A stretch of DNA of 64,000 bases from Bacteroidaceae bacterium. Lineage in GTDB: Bacteria > Bacteroidota > Bacteroidia > Bacteroidales > Bacteroidaceae. The stretch covers positions 4,958 to 68,957 of the forward strand of contig JAKSIS010000002.1 of the NCBI GenBank assembly GCA_024398665.1, read 5' to 3'. Both the position numbers and the translations under genes were made by a program. Shown here in pieces: positions 51,801 to 61,189 of the stretch. Under the pieces are notes generated by a model. It was not told the DNA's origin and searched no databases. It saw only the letters and a list, made by a program, of their open reading frames with translations. The stretch's first letter is position 1. The number at the start of each line of letters is the position of its first letter.

Positions 51801-53078
51801 TCAGTCTGAAGTATACTTCTTGAAAATGATGCAGGAATTGTGTCCGCCAAAACCGAATGTGTTCGACAGGGCGGCACGAACTGTTCTTTTCTGTGCCTTG
51901 TTAAATGTGAAGTTCAGACTGTAGTCAATATTTTCGTCATTGTCACCGTCCTCATGATTGATTGTGGGAGGTATGGTGTCGGTGCTTACCGCCATTATTG
52001 ATGCAACGGCTTCAATTGCGCCGGCACCGCCAAGCAGATGGCCTGTCATTGACTTTGTAGAACTCAGGTTCATTTCATAGGCATGCTGTCCGAACACTGA
52101 CTGTATCGCCTTGCATTCGGCAATGTCCCCAAGCGGGGTAGATGTACCGTGCATATTGATGTAGTCTATGTCTTCAGGTGACATTCCGGCATCGTCAAGC
52201 GCTTCTTTCATGACCCGGATTGCACCTTCACCTTCAGGTTCCGGAGCAGTCATATGGTACGCGTCGGCTGTTGCGCCCCATCCGGCCACTTCAGCATAGA
52301 TCCTGGCACCACGCGCTTTTGCATGCTCATATTCCTCCAGCACCAGAGCACCGCCGCCCTCACCCATGACAAAACCGTCGCGGCTGGCGCTCATGGGGCG
52401 TGAAGCCGTTTCAGGTGAATCATTCCTGGTAGAAAGTGCGTGCATGACACTGAAGCCGCATACACCGCTGTCTGTCAGCGCAGCCTCGGCGCCTCCAGTC
52501 ACTATGGCATTGGCCCTGCCAAGCCGTATCAGGTTGATGGCGTCAATGATTGCATGTGTGCTGGATGCGCAGGCCGATGAAGTGCAGTAGTTGGGACCTT
52601 TCAGCTTGTACATTATTGAAATGAGTCCCGATGCGATCGAGCCTATGATTCTGGGCACGAAAAATGGAGTCACCTTAAGTTCCTGACCGTTCAGTTTCTG
52701 GTCGTGAATCGTATCAATGCCTTCTTCGAATGATTCTATGCCGCCCATTCCGAAGCCCATGACGACCCCTATGCGGTTCAAATCCTCATTCTCAAGATCC
52801 ATTCCTGAATCCCTGATGGCCTGAACGGCTGACGCAATGGCGAAATGTCCGTACTTGTCAACCTTGCGCGACTCCTTGCGGTCCATGTACTGGGACACGT
52901 CGAAGCCCTTGACTTCACATCCGAAGGTAACTTTGGTCAGTATCCGGGCTGTGTCATAATTGGTGATGGGTGCCGCACCGCTTACACCGGCAACGGCGTT
53001 ACTCCAGAATTCGGGAACGCTGTTGCCAATTGGAGTGACCGCACCAAGACCCGTTACGACTACTCTTTTCAAATCCAT
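51801..53078 (-). CDS. fabF: Beta-ketoacyl-ACP synthase II
   Basis: Active-site ACASSTHAI, with HGTSTP and GHLLGGAG motifs. Confidence 0.93.
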   Translation of the reverse strand: MDLKRVVVTGLGAVTPIGNSVPEFWSNAVAGVSGAAPITNYDTARILTKVTFGCEVKGFDVSQYMDRKESRKVDKYGHFAIASAVQAIRDSGMDLENEDLNRIGVVMGFGMGGIESFEEGIDTIHDQKLNGQELKVTPFFVPRIIGSIASGLISIMYKLKGPNYCTSSACASSTHAIIDAINLIRLGRANAIVTGGAEAALTDSGVCGFSVMHALSTRNDSPETASRPMSASRDGFVMGEGGGALVLEEYEHAKARGARIYAEVAGWGATADAYHMTAPEPEGEGAIRVMKEALDDAGMSPEDIDYINMHGTSTPLGDIAECKAIQSVFGQHAYEMNLSSTKSMTGHLLGGAGAIEAVASIMAVSTDTIPPTINHEDGDNDENIDYSLNFTFNKAQKRTVRAALSNTFGFGGHNSCIIFKKYTSD

Positions 53079-53096
53079 TGTCTAAAAGACAGTATG

Positions 53097-53345
53097 TCAC
53101 TTGGCTGCAATAGCCTCAGCAATCATATTGATAGCTTCACCTACAGTTGTGATCTTTTCAGCCTGATCGTCAGGAATTGAGATACCGAATTCCTTTTCGA
53201 ATTCCATAATCAGTTCAACGGTGTCAAGAGAATCAGCGCCAAGGTCACTTGCGAAATTTGCTTCGGGGGTAACTTCTGATGCTTCTACACCAAGTTTGTC
53301 AACGATGATAGCCTGAACTCTCTCTGCGATCTGTGAATCTGCCAT
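53097..53345 (-). CDS. acpP: Acyl carrier protein
   Basis: Phosphopantetheine site [12 protein letters not shown]. Start set to ATG 53343-53345 (82 aa); the 141-aa track ORF is an upstream extension. Confidence 0.93.
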   Translation of the reverse strand: MADSQIAERVQAIIVDKLGVEASEVTPEANFASDLGADSLDTVELIMEFEKEFGISIPDDQAEKITTVGEAINMIAEAIAAK

Positions 53346-53411
53346 AATCTTAAAATTTAAATGGTTTTGGAATAAATTTCCTGCAAAGTAACCGATTTTG
53401 CGGGTGCATGA

Positions 53412-53419
53412 CAAATTTA
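53412..53419 (-). promoter_or_regulatory. -7 box TAAATTTG for acpP-fabF
   Basis: Plus-strand CAAATTTA lies 67 nt upstream of the acpP ATG. Confidence 0.45.
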
Positions 53420-53427
53420 AAGGAATC

Positions 53428-53477
53428 CAAATCCACAATTTTGCACATAACCTGTCATTTTGTGCAAAACGGATTTG
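53428..53477. promoter_or_regulatory. Long inverted repeat between the divergent acpP and DUF4254-like promoters
   Basis: CAAATCC-ACAA-TTTTGCACA, a 13-nt spacer, then TGTGCAAAA-C-GGATTTG. That is 7 + 9 complementary positions. Confidence 0.5.
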
Positions 53478-53511
53478 CATACCGAAACGTTTGAAGTTAC
53501 TGAAATTGTAG

Positions 53512-53519
53512 TATTTTTG
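53512..53519 (+). promoter_or_regulatory. -7 box TATTTTTG for the DUF4254-like/GT9 unit
   Basis: Exact TAnnTTTG match 10 nt upstream of ATG 53529, so the real start may be ATG 53541. Confidence 0.4.
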
Positions 53520-53528
53520 CAAATCAAT

Positions 53529-54152
53529 ATGAAAATAGTCATGTCATTCAGCAAAGACAGTATATCGGTTTTTGACCGTGCCATAGCAGATTACCACAAA
53601 GAGGACAACATAGATACCCCCATAGCCAACCCGTATCCGGAAAAAAGCATCGAATTCTACCTGTATCTCAAGAATTGGATCGATACCGTACAGTGGCATC
53701 TTGAGGATATCATACGTGACCCGAACATTGATCCAATCAAGGCTCTTTCAATCAAGCGCCGCATTGACAGGTCAAACCAGGACCGGACTGATCTGGTCGA
53801 ACTGATTGACAGCTATTTCCTTGACCGTTTCAAGGATGTCTGTGTCAGGCCTGACGCCACTATCAATACCGAAAGTCCCGCATGGGCCGTTGACCGCCTG
53901 TCAATTCTGGAACTGAAATTATACCATATGGGCATTGAAGCGGCCCGCACTGACACAACGGCTGAACAGAAGACACGTTGCCAGGCAAAGTTTGACGTGC
54001 TCAATGAACAGAAGAAGGATCTCTCCGAAGCCATTGACATGCTTCTTGACGACATGGCTGCAGGCCGCAAGTACATGAAGGTCTACAAGCAGATGAAAAT
54101 GTACAACGACCCCTCACTGAATCCCGTACTGTACGCTCAGAATGGCAAATAA
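53529..54152 (+). CDS. Conserved hypothetical protein (DUF4254-like), co-transcribed with GT9
   Basis: About 207 aa, soluble and helical. It overlaps the GT9 start by 11 nt. The family assignment is from memory of this gene pairing in Bacteroidetes, not from a search. Confidence 0.55.
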   Translation: MKIVMSFSKDSISVFDRAIADYHKEDNIDTPIANPYPEKSIEFYLYLKNWIDTVQWHLEDIIRDPNIDPIKALSIKRRIDRSNQDRTDLVELIDSYFLDRFKDVCVRPDATINTESPAWAVDRLSILELKLYHMGIEAARTDTTAEQKTRCQAKFDVLNEQKKDLSEAIDMLLDDMAAGRKYMKVYKQMKMYNDPSLNPVLYAQNGK

Positions 54153-55182
54153 CGGCAAAGCGCTCAACATTCTTGCCATTCGCTTTTCCGCAATAGGTGA
54201 TGTGGCCATGACTGTTCCTGTGGTGGACAGTTTTCTCAGACAGTATCCGCAGCACCATCTTACATTCCTGAGCAACCCGCGCTTTGAGCCCTTCTTCCAG
54301 GGCATGCCTTCAAATTTCACATTCCTTGGTGCCGATGTAAAACGGGAATACCATGGAAATGCCGGTCTCAGCAGACTGATAAAGGAACTCAGTGCACATG
54401 ATTTCGATCTTGTCCTTGACCTGCACGGAGTACTGCGCAGCGAACGTATTGGACTCGGGCTGGTTCTGCGCGGTGTCAGAGTTAGGAAAATACACAAACA
54501 CCGCATTGCGCGCAAAGCTCTGACACGACGGCACATGAAACGTCGCAAACCGCTGGAACCGGCTTTTGAACGTTACTGCAACGTGTTCTACGCTGCCGGA
54601 CTGCCTGTAAATGTGGATTTCACTTCAATATTCCATCAGGCGCCCCAGGGAGTGCTGGCGCTGACCGGCCCCAAACAGGGTGGCCGGTGGGTTGGAGTCG
54701 CCCCTTTTGCAGCACATCAGGGAAAGGTATATCCGCTGCATCTCATGGACCGGGTCGTTGCCGGACTGCAGTCCGATGACAGCATAAGCCGCATATTCGT
54801 TTTCGCCTACGGAAAGGAAAAGGAACAGGTAGCCGGCTGGCCTGAAATATACAATAAAGTCGAATTCACCAGCGGCCGTTTCACTTTCAGTCAGGAACTG
54901 GAACTGATGTACTGGCTTGACGTCATGCTGGCAATGGATTCAGCCAACATGCACCTGGCTTCACTTGCCGGGACACGTGTGGTATCCGTATGGGGAGCAA
55001 CGCATCCTGTTGCCGGTTTCCTTGGATACGGCCAGAATGAATCGGACTGCATCCAGCTTGACATGACCTGCCGTCCGTGTTCCATATACGGAAAGAAAGC
55101 CTGCCTCTACGGCGACTGCCGCTGCATGACAGGCATATCGCCCGCCATGATACTGCGTAAGCTGGAGATAAGACAGAAATGA
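54142..55182 (+). CDS. Glycosyltransferase family 9 (heptosyltransferase-like)
   Basis: N-terminus ILAIRFSAIGDVAMTVP and the C-terminal segment DSANMHLASLAGTRVVSVWGATHP are typical of GT9. Confidence 0.85.
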   Translation: MANNGKALNILAIRFSAIGDVAMTVPVVDSFLRQYPQHHLTFLSNPRFEPFFQGMPSNFTFLGADVKREYHGNAGLSRLIKELSAHDFDLVLDLHGVLRSERIGLGLVLRGVRVRKIHKHRIARKALTRRHMKRRKPLEPAFERYCNVFYAAGLPVNVDFTSIFHQAPQGVLALTGPKQGGRWVGVAPFAAHQGKVYPLHLMDRVVAGLQSDDSISRIFVFAYGKEKEQVAGWPEIYNKVEFTSGRFTFSQELELMYWLDVMLAMDSANMHLASLAGTRVVSVWGATHPVAGFLGYGQNESDCIQLDMTCRPCSIYGKKACLYGDCRCMTGISPAMILRKLEIRQK

Positions 55183-55224
55183 TCATGCGCAGTGCAGCAG
55201 ACCAGCTGCAACCTGCAGCAACGT

Positions 55225-55821
55225 TCAAATGAAATTCCTGAATTCCGGACCCATGTTAAAGAGCAGGTCAACGGCGCTGAGATTGGGTATGAAACCGTGT
55301 TTCTGCCTGAAAACCTGCCAATAAGGCGTAAACGGCACTGCCGTTTCCTGCGGCTCGGCCAGTCCGCGCAGGTCACTCATACCATCAGTGTTTCTGCAGT
55401 AGGTACCGGTAAGATCCATGCTGACACCAATATGTGCCAGATCCAGTATGACCCGGGTCAGTTCCATGTTGAAGTCCAATAGGAAATCATACTTCTTTTC
55501 ATAGAACGGACGGAAATCATCAGCATAATAAATGAAAAAAGGAGAGTTCATATAAGCTGATTCCAGCGCGTTCCAGTGCTGTTTCCGCCAGTCGCCGTGA
55601 TCGCTGATGCGGACGTCCTTCATCAGCTGCTTCGGCCCGTCGGACTTGACTACAGGTATGGTCAGTGTCTGCACGCCGTTTGCTGTTGCAATATGGCAGC
55701 GGTTACGGTATGTCTGTTTGCAGTAATTGTCATACTGTTCAATCAGGACATCGCAGTTCTTCATTGCGGAAAAGAACTGTACAGGCGGCAGGTATGCCGA
55801 TGGAAGCAGTACCGTTGGCAT
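55225..55821 (-). CDS. WbqC-family protein
   Basis: Contains LLPSAYLPPVQFFSAM and YDNYCKQTYRNRCHI. Start at ATG 55819-55821 overlaps the lepB stop by 1 nt. Confidence 0.8.
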   Translation of the reverse strand: MPTVLLPSAYLPPVQFFSAMKNCDVLIEQYDNYCKQTYRNRCHIATANGVQTLTIPVVKSDGPKQLMKDVRISDHGDWRKQHWNALESAYMNSPFFIYYADDFRPFYEKKYDFLLDFNMELTRVILDLAHIGVSMDLTGTYCRNTDGMSDLRGLAEPQETAVPFTPYWQVFRQKHGFIPNLSAVDLLFNMGPEFRNFI

Positions 55822-57263
55822 CAGTTGTATCTGCTGACGCTGCGGAACTGCCTGTCCCAGCGTATCTTGCCCTTCTGTCCCCATTTCTTGTCCTGATCAA
55901 GGGACAGCCAGATGAATACGGGACGACCCACAATGTGATCTTCAGGTACATATCCCCAGAATCGTGAATCGGCACTGTTCTGCCTGTTGTCACCCATCAT
56001 CCAGTAATAGTCCATTTTGAAAGTATAACTGTCGGAAATCTGGCCGTTGATGATAATGGAACCGTCTTCACCCACCTTCAGGTCATTGCCCTCATACACT
56101 CCGATGATACGCTCGTAGAAAGGCAGGTTCTCCAGATCAAGCTGCACTGTCGCTCCCTTTGCCGGAATCCAGACGGGGCCGTAATTGTCAACGGTCCAGT
56201 CCTTGTACTTGTTGAGCGGGAACAGCCATTCCTCCTTGAAAGTGACGGGCTTCACCTCCTGTGCAATCTCCTTGGCCGCAGCAAGTTTTTCAGCGGCACT
56301 GACGGTAAGCGGGACAATTACCGTGCCCGGACGGTTGTACTGCTGTGGCAGTCCTTCGAAACTCAGGTTCAGCTCCTTCCTCAGCTTGTCGGGAATGGCA
56401 TGGGTGAGTGTCACCTGATAGTTGCTCTGGGCCGCATCGGGCTGTTTGTTGGCAACGCCGTCAAGATACACTATACCGTCCTTTATCTCCAAAGTCTGCC
56501 CGGGAAGTCCCACACAGCGTTTCACATAGTTCTCCCTGCGGTCAACGGGGCGTGTCATGACCTTTCCGAACTCCTGTTCATTCTGATCGATGACCTTGCG
56601 TCCCACCTGATAGTATATGTCATAGACATGACGCTGTTCCAGCAGGGACAGGCTGTCCATATCAATCTCCCTGCAGTGCCTCTTCCCCTCGGGATATGCA
56701 ATCATACCGTAAAAGTCAGCACTTGTCCAGCGGTCAGCGGTAACTATCGTGTCACCTGCAGGATAATTGAATACGACAATGTCATTAAGTTTGATCCGCC
56801 CGAAACCCTTCACCCGTTCATATGGCCACTGCGGCTTGTCAAAATAGCTCTTTCCTCCACCCGGGAACTTGTTCTGGGTAAGCGGCATGGTAAGCGGAGT
56901 CATGGGCTTGCGCGGTCCGTAAGCCACCTTGCTCACATAAAGGTGGTCACCGATGAGCAGGGACTTTTCAAGTGAAGAGGACGGAATGGCGTAGTTCTGG
57001 AACAGGTACAGGTTCACAAAGTACACGGCTACAAGTGCAAACACCAGGGCGTCAACCCAACCCATAATCGAATACAGTGTCCTGTTCTTGAGCTGTTTCC
57101 ACCAGTCCCATCGGATTATGCGTGTAATGCACGCGTCAAAGATGAACGGAATGACAATGACACCCATCCAGCTTTTCACCCAGATAAGGAACAGGATATA
57201 GAGAACCAGGTAGACGGCCAGTTTTATCCAGCTTTTCTTCGATGCTTCGCCAATCTTCTTCAT
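55821..57263 (-). CDS. lepB: Signal peptidase I (long Bacteroidetes form)
   Basis: Ser box SSSLEKSLLIGDHLYVSK and box E GDNRQNSADSRFWG. Confidence 0.9.
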   Translation of the reverse strand: MKKIGEASKKSWIKLAVYLVLYILFLIWVKSWMGVIVIPFIFDACITRIIRWDWWKQLKNRTLYSIMGWVDALVFALVAVYFVNLYLFQNYAIPSSSLEKSLLIGDHLYVSKVAYGPRKPMTPLTMPLTQNKFPGGGKSYFDKPQWPYERVKGFGRIKLNDIVVFNYPAGDTIVTADRWTSADFYGMIAYPEGKRHCREIDMDSLSLLEQRHVYDIYYQVGRKVIDQNEQEFGKVMTRPVDRRENYVKRCVGLPGQTLEIKDGIVYLDGVANKQPDAAQSNYQVTLTHAIPDKLRKELNLSFEGLPQQYNRPGTVIVPLTVSAAEKLAAAKEIAQEVKPVTFKEEWLFPLNKYKDWTVDNYGPVWIPAKGATVQLDLENLPFYERIIGVYEGNDLKVGEDGSIIINGQISDSYTFKMDYYWMMGDNRQNSADSRFWGYVPEDHIVGRPVFIWLSLDQDKKWGQKGKIRWDRQFRSVSRYN

Positions 57264-57269
57264 ACTGAT

Positions 57270-58031
57270 TTAAGAGAGTGAGTCCATAAGGTCATTCATA
57301 GTCAGGAATCCCTTGCGGGAGACTGTGTATTCAGCTGCCAGAACGGCTCCGAGAGCCAGTCCGCTGCGGTCTTTCGCGCTATGTATGATCTTGATGAAGT
57401 CCGAACTGGAATCATATTCGATGACATGAATGCCGGCAATTTCGCCTTCGCGGACTGAGTCAATGCGAATATCCTGAGGAGCATTGTCCCTGCTGCCGGA
57501 AACAGTTCCGTCTGCCCCTGTCAGCGTCCCCTTTGACCACCCTGTCTTACGGTCCAGATTATCAATAATTCCCTGTGCAAGAGTAATTGCCGTTCCGCTC
57601 GGTGCGTCCAGCTTATGTATATGGTGGACTTCTTCCATGGAGACATCATACATGGGATAGCCGTTCATCAGTCTGGCAAGATATTCGCTGACTCTTGAGA
57701 ACAGGGCGACTCCGATGCTGAAGTTGCTGGACCAGAAGAGAGTGTTCTCTCCGTCACGGCACAGGTACTTCATTTCCTCATTGTGCTGTTCCATCCAGCC
57801 GGTGCTGCCGCTGACCACCTTCATGCCTTTGCTGAAACATTTCAGTATATTGCCATAGGCCTGAGTGGGCGCAGTGAACTCAATGGCTACGTCGGCACTG
57901 CGGAAAGCAGGGCTGTCAAAGTCCTGCATGTTGTCAATGTCAATCCTGCAAACCACATCATGGCCGCGTGACAGTGCTATGCGCTCAATCTCGTGGCCCA
58001 TCTTGCCGTATCCTATAAGGGCTATCTTCAT
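57270..58031 (-). CDS. dapB: 4-hydroxy-tetrahydrodipicolinate reductase
   Basis: Rossmann segment MKIALIGYGKMG and substrate motif HHIHKLDAPSGTA. ATG 58029-58031 is preferred over the TTG at 58043. Confidence 0.9.
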   Translation of the reverse strand: MKIALIGYGKMGHEIERIALSRGHDVVCRIDIDNMQDFDSPAFRSADVAIEFTAPTQAYGNILKCFSKGMKVVSGSTGWMEQHNEEMKYLCRDGENTLFWSSNFSIGVALFSRVSEYLARLMNGYPMYDVSMEEVHHIHKLDAPSGTAITLAQGIIDNLDRKTGWSKGTLTGADGTVSGSRDNAPQDIRIDSVREGEIAGIHVIEYDSSSDFIKIIHSAKDRSGLALGAVLAAEYTVSRKGFLTMNDLMDSLS

Positions 58032-58048
58032 GTCTTCAGTCAATTATA

Positions 58049-58600
58049 TCAGAAAAAGCTTTCAGTATTATCCTGCACATGCTGCAGAATACTGCTGAAC
58101 TTGTTGTCAAGTGTCGTTCCGGACAGTTCCTTCCAGGTCTCGTACTGTTCGTCCGATATTGCCTTGCTGAAACGTTTGTTATACTTTTCAATTATCTGAT
58201 TGTAGGTCTTCCTCGCAGCTTCAGTGTCAAAAACAGCGGTGGACTGGGGCTGTGTTCCGGCAGGCAGGTTACGGTCGCGGTTGAAACGTCCGTTTGAACT
58301 CATCTGGAATTCCATGACGGCCATCTGGAGGTTACGGCACAGTTCTTCAAATTCCTGCGCATAAAGTTTCACCATCTTGTCAAACTGCTTTTCATTCAGG
58401 TCAAGACGGCCGGCGACATCGGTAATGCGTGCCGTGGCAATTGAATCCGATTCCTGCTGATAGAAAGGTTTCTCCATTCCCGGCCCCATGGGACCGCCCA
58501 TAGGAGGCATGCCGCCCATAGGAGGTCTGCCACCCATAGGCTGGGCCTGTGCACAGAGTGCCATAAGGCATGCTGCAGCAACAATGATAAGTTTCTTCAT
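58049..58600 (-). CDS. Secreted protein with Met/Pro/Gly repeat and LTXXQ-like (Spy/CpxP-like) helices
   Basis: Signal peptide ends ...LCAQA|QP, followed by MGGRPPMGGMPPMGGPMGPGM. Later segments are LNEKQFDKM and ISDEQYETW. Confidence 0.6.
   Translation of the reverse strand: MKKLIIVAAACLMALCAQAQPMGGRPPMGGMPPMGGPMGPGMEKPFYQQESDSIATARITDVAGRLDLNEKQFDKMVKLYAQEFEELCRNLQMAVMEFQMSSNGRFNRDRNLPAGTQPQSTAVFDTEAARKTYNQIIEKYNKRFSKAISDEQYETWKELSGTTLDNKFSSILQHVQDNTESFF
58481..58545 (-). repeat. In-frame imperfect 18-nt tandem repeat encoding the (P)PMGG units
   Basis: CCGCCCATAGGAGG occurs at 58494-58507 and 58512-58525, with degenerate copies on each side. Confidence 0.7.
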
Positions 58601-58628
58601 ATTTGTACTGTTTGATCAGTTCTTAAAA

Positions 58629-58636
58629 CAAAGATA
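58629..58636 (-). promoter_or_regulatory. -7 box TATCTTTG for the secreted-protein/dapB/lepB string
   Basis: Plus-strand CAAAGATA lies 29 nt upstream of ATG 58600 and overlaps the U-rich tail of the pckA terminator. Confidence 0.4.
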
Positions 58637-58663
58637 CTCTTTCCGGCTTGAAACCGGAAAGAG
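58637..58663 (-). terminator. pckA terminator
   Basis: Perfect 10-bp stem CTCTTTCCGG / CCGGAAAGAG with a 7-nt loop. The minus-strand tail is UAUCUUUGUUUU. Confidence 0.65.
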
Positions 58664-58694
58664 CATCTGGATTATTTCATGTTTCCTATGAACA

Positions 58695-60299
58695 TCAGAG
58701 CTTCGGTCCGGCAGCAACCAGAGCCTTACCGGCTTCGTTGCCTTCGTACTTCTTGAAGTTCTTGATGAAACGGCCTGCCAGATCCTGTGCCTTCTCTTCC
58801 CATTCGGAAGCGTTCTTATAGGTATCACGGGGATCAAGGATCTCAGTAGCAACGCCCTCAAGCTTGGTGGGAACCTGGAAATCGAAATAAGGAATCTGCT
58901 TGGTGGGAGCCTTGTCGATTGAACCGTTCAGGATAGCGTCAATGATGCCGCGGGTGTCGCGGATGGAGATGCGCTTGCCTGTGCCGTTCCAGCCGGTGTT
59001 GACCAGATAAGCCTTGGCACCGCTCTTTTCCATCTTCTTAACCAGCTCTTCTGCATACTTTGTAGGATGCAGCTCCAGGAATGCCTGGCCGAAGCAGGCT
59101 GAGAATGTGGGAGTAGGTTCGGTGATACCGCGCTCCGTACCTGCAAGCTTTGCAGTGAAACCGCTCAGGAAGTAGTACTTGGTCTGCTCCGGAGTCAGGA
59201 TTGATACGGGAGGCAGAACGCCGAATGCATCGGCTGAAAGGAAGATGACCTGCTTTGCTGCGGGACCTTCTGATGCGGGACGTACAATCTTGTTGATGTG
59301 ATAGATAGGATAGCTTACGCGGGTGTTTTCGGTAACGCTCTTGTCAGCGAAATCAATCTTGCCCTCAGCGTCAACGGTAACGTTCTCAAGGAGAGCGTCG
59401 CGACGGATTGCGTTGTAGATATCGGGTTCTGATTCCTTGTCAAGGTTGATGACCTTTGCATAGCAGCCGCCTTCCAGGTTGAATACGCCTTCGTCGTCCC
59501 AGCCGTGTTCGTCATCACCGATGAGCAGACGCTTGGGGTCAGTTGAAAGGGTGGTCTTGCCTGTGCCTGACAGACCGAAGAAGATGGCAGTGTTCTTGCC
59601 CTGCATGTCAGTGTTGGCTGAGCAGTGCATTGAAGCGATGCCCTGCAGCGGGAGGAAGTAGTTCATCATTGAGAACAGACCCTTCTTCATTTCACCGCCG
59701 TACCATGTGTTCAGGATAACCTGTTCCTTGCTGGTGACGTTGAAAGCGACTGCAGTCTCTGAACGCAGACCCATTTCCTTGTAGTTGTCAACCTTTGCCT
59801 TAGCAGCGCAGAATACTACGAAATCGGGTTCCAGATCAAATTCAGCCTGATTCTGGGGACGGATGAACATGTTGGTCACGAAATGTGCCTGCCATGCAAC
59901 CTCCATGATGAAGCGGACCTTCATGCGGGTGTCCTTGTGGGTGCCGCAGAAACCGTCAACAACGAACAGACGCTTGCCTGACAGCTGCTTGATGGCAAGT
60001 TCCTTCAGGGTCTTCCAGTTCTCCTGTGAGAGAGCATGGTTGTCATTGTGATACTCTTCAGAATCCCACCATACGGTGTTCTTTGACTTTTCATCCATTA
60101 CGATGTACTTGTCCTTGGGTGAACGTCCGGTGTAGATACCGGTCATTACGTTGATTGCACCGAGTTCGGTAACCTGACCCTTGTCAAAGCCTTCCAGACC
60201 GGGCTTGGTTTCCTCATTGTAGAGAACTTCGTAGGAGGGGTTGTAGAGAATCTCGCTGACGCCGCTGATTCCGTACTTGCTTAAATCAATTTTTGCCAT
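58695..60299 (-). CDS. pckA: Phosphoenolpyruvate carboxykinase (ATP)
   Basis: Kinase-1a motif [13 protein letters not shown] and the PckA-specific segment IGDDEHGW. Confidence 0.95.
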   Translation of the reverse strand: MAKIDLSKYGISGVSEILYNPSYEVLYNEETKPGLEGFDKGQVTELGAINVMTGIYTGRSPKDKYIVMDEKSKNTVWWDSEEYHNDNHALSQENWKTLKELAIKQLSGKRLFVVDGFCGTHKDTRMKVRFIMEVAWQAHFVTNMFIRPQNQAEFDLEPDFVVFCAAKAKVDNYKEMGLRSETAVAFNVTSKEQVILNTWYGGEMKKGLFSMMNYFLPLQGIASMHCSANTDMQGKNTAIFFGLSGTGKTTLSTDPKRLLIGDDEHGWDDEGVFNLEGGCYAKVINLDKESEPDIYNAIRRDALLENVTVDAEGKIDFADKSVTENTRVSYPIYHINKIVRPASEGPAAKQVIFLSADAFGVLPPVSILTPEQTKYYFLSGFTAKLAGTERGITEPTPTFSACFGQAFLELHPTKYAEELVKKMEKSGAKAYLVNTGWNGTGKRISIRDTRGIIDAILNGSIDKAPTKQIPYFDFQVPTKLEGVATEILDPRDTYKNASEWEEKAQDLAGRFIKNFKKYEGNEAGKALVAAGPKL

Positions 60300-60382
60300 T
60301 GTTTTATAAGTTGAGTGTTAAAATCCTATCAGTTTCCAGCGGTTTTAGGGCGTGGTTTCCATGCACCCTTGTAAACCGGATA

Positions 60383-60390
60383 CAAAATTA
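60383..60390 (-). promoter_or_regulatory. -7 box TAATTTTG for pckA
   Basis: Plus-strand CAAAATTA lies 84 nt upstream of the pckA ATG. Confidence 0.45.
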
Positions 60391-60446
60391 CTTTCTTTCC
60401 TAAAAAATGAGAATAAGCCCCGTACTATTTTACTCCGATGCGCACA

Positions 60447-60464
60447 TTATTTAATATTAAATAA
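60447..60464. promoter_or_regulatory. 18-bp perfect palindrome TTATTTAATATTAAATAA in the pckA/lipoprotein divergent region
   Basis: Read directly; the two 9-nt halves are exact reverse complements. Confidence 0.4.
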
Positions 60465-60541
60465 CGAAATTGACTACCGGACATGACAATATCGGAAATA
60501 AGTTTTCCGCCTGTATATTTTGACATTGTATGATTTCCGTA

Positions 60542-60549
60542 TATTTTTG
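60542..60549 (+). promoter_or_regulatory. -7 box TATTTTTG for the lipoprotein gene
   Basis: Exact TAnnTTTG match 19 nt upstream of ATG 60568. Confidence 0.4.
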
Positions 60550-60567
60550 TGCCGGATTATTGTCCCA

Positions 60568-61110
60568 ATGAAAATGAAAATGAAAAAGATCACATTGTTT
60601 GCCGTATTGGCACTGGTTTTGACGTCCTGCTCGCAGCAGGCTGTAATAACTGTCGATGATTTCGCATCAAAGGCTCCCGGACTGGAAGGACAGACCGTAA
60701 TACTTCAGGGTACAGCTACACACGTATGCTCAAAGAGCGGTCGCAAGGTGTTCCTGGCCGGTGAAAGTGAAGACGCATCAGTTACCGTATTTGCAGGTGA
60801 AAACATGGGCAAGTATGATCCTGAAACCATAGGAAAGGTATATACGGTTAAAGGTAAGGTCATTGAGACCGCAAGAATTGACAATGCCTATCTTGACGAA
60901 TGGCAGAATGAGGTCATGGAAGGTGCTGCCGCTGAAGGTCATGACTGCGAACATGAGCAGAGTGCCATGGGACTTGACGCTGAAGCCATTGCCCTGGCGG
61001 AAGATCCCCAGCTTGCCGAGATACGCCAGTACCGCGAAAAAATAGCCGCAAACGGCGGCAACGACCTGGTTTTCTACGGTCTTGAGGCCAAAAGCTTTAC
61101 GGTGAAATAA
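60568..61110 (+). CDS. Hypothetical lipoprotein
   Basis: Lipobox MKMKMKKITLFAVLALVLTSC. I recognise no other motif. The start could also be 60574 or 60580. Confidence 0.6.
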   Translation: MKMKMKKITLFAVLALVLTSCSQQAVITVDDFASKAPGLEGQTVILQGTATHVCSKSGRKVFLAGESEDASVTVFAGENMGKYDPETIGKVYTVKGKVIETARIDNAYLDEWQNEVMEGAAAEGHDCEHEQSAMGLDAEAIALAEDPQLAEIRQYREKIAANGGNDLVFYGLEAKSFTVK

Positions 61111-61138
61111 AACATATCCGCCTGGAGACATAATGAAA

Positions 61139-61168
61139 AACGGCCCTGCATACCTGCGGGGCCGTTTT
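61139..61168 (+). terminator. Intrinsic terminator after the lipoprotein gene
   Basis: Stem AACGGCCCUGC / GCGGGGCCGUU (11 bp). Its one U-G pair on plus-strand RNA would be A-C on the minus strand. A U-rich tail follows. Confidence 0.6.
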
Positions 61169-61189
61169 CCGTTCTGTCTTCAGGAAAGG

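Noticed and set aside
53097-53522. 141-aa version of the acpP ORF
   Set aside because: The upstream 59 codons run through the acpP promoter box and the inverted repeat. The ACP homology starts at [10 protein letters not shown] (ATG 53345).
55183-55224. Short hairpin TGCAGC-N6-GCTGCA between the convergent GT9 and WbqC genes
   Set aside because: It has only 6 bp and no flanking U or A tract, which is too weak to call a terminator.
60300-60376. Tiny uORF (METTP) in the pckA 5' UTR
   Set aside because: It has five codons, no codon repetition, no associated alternative hairpins and no terminator. It is most likely a chance ATG.
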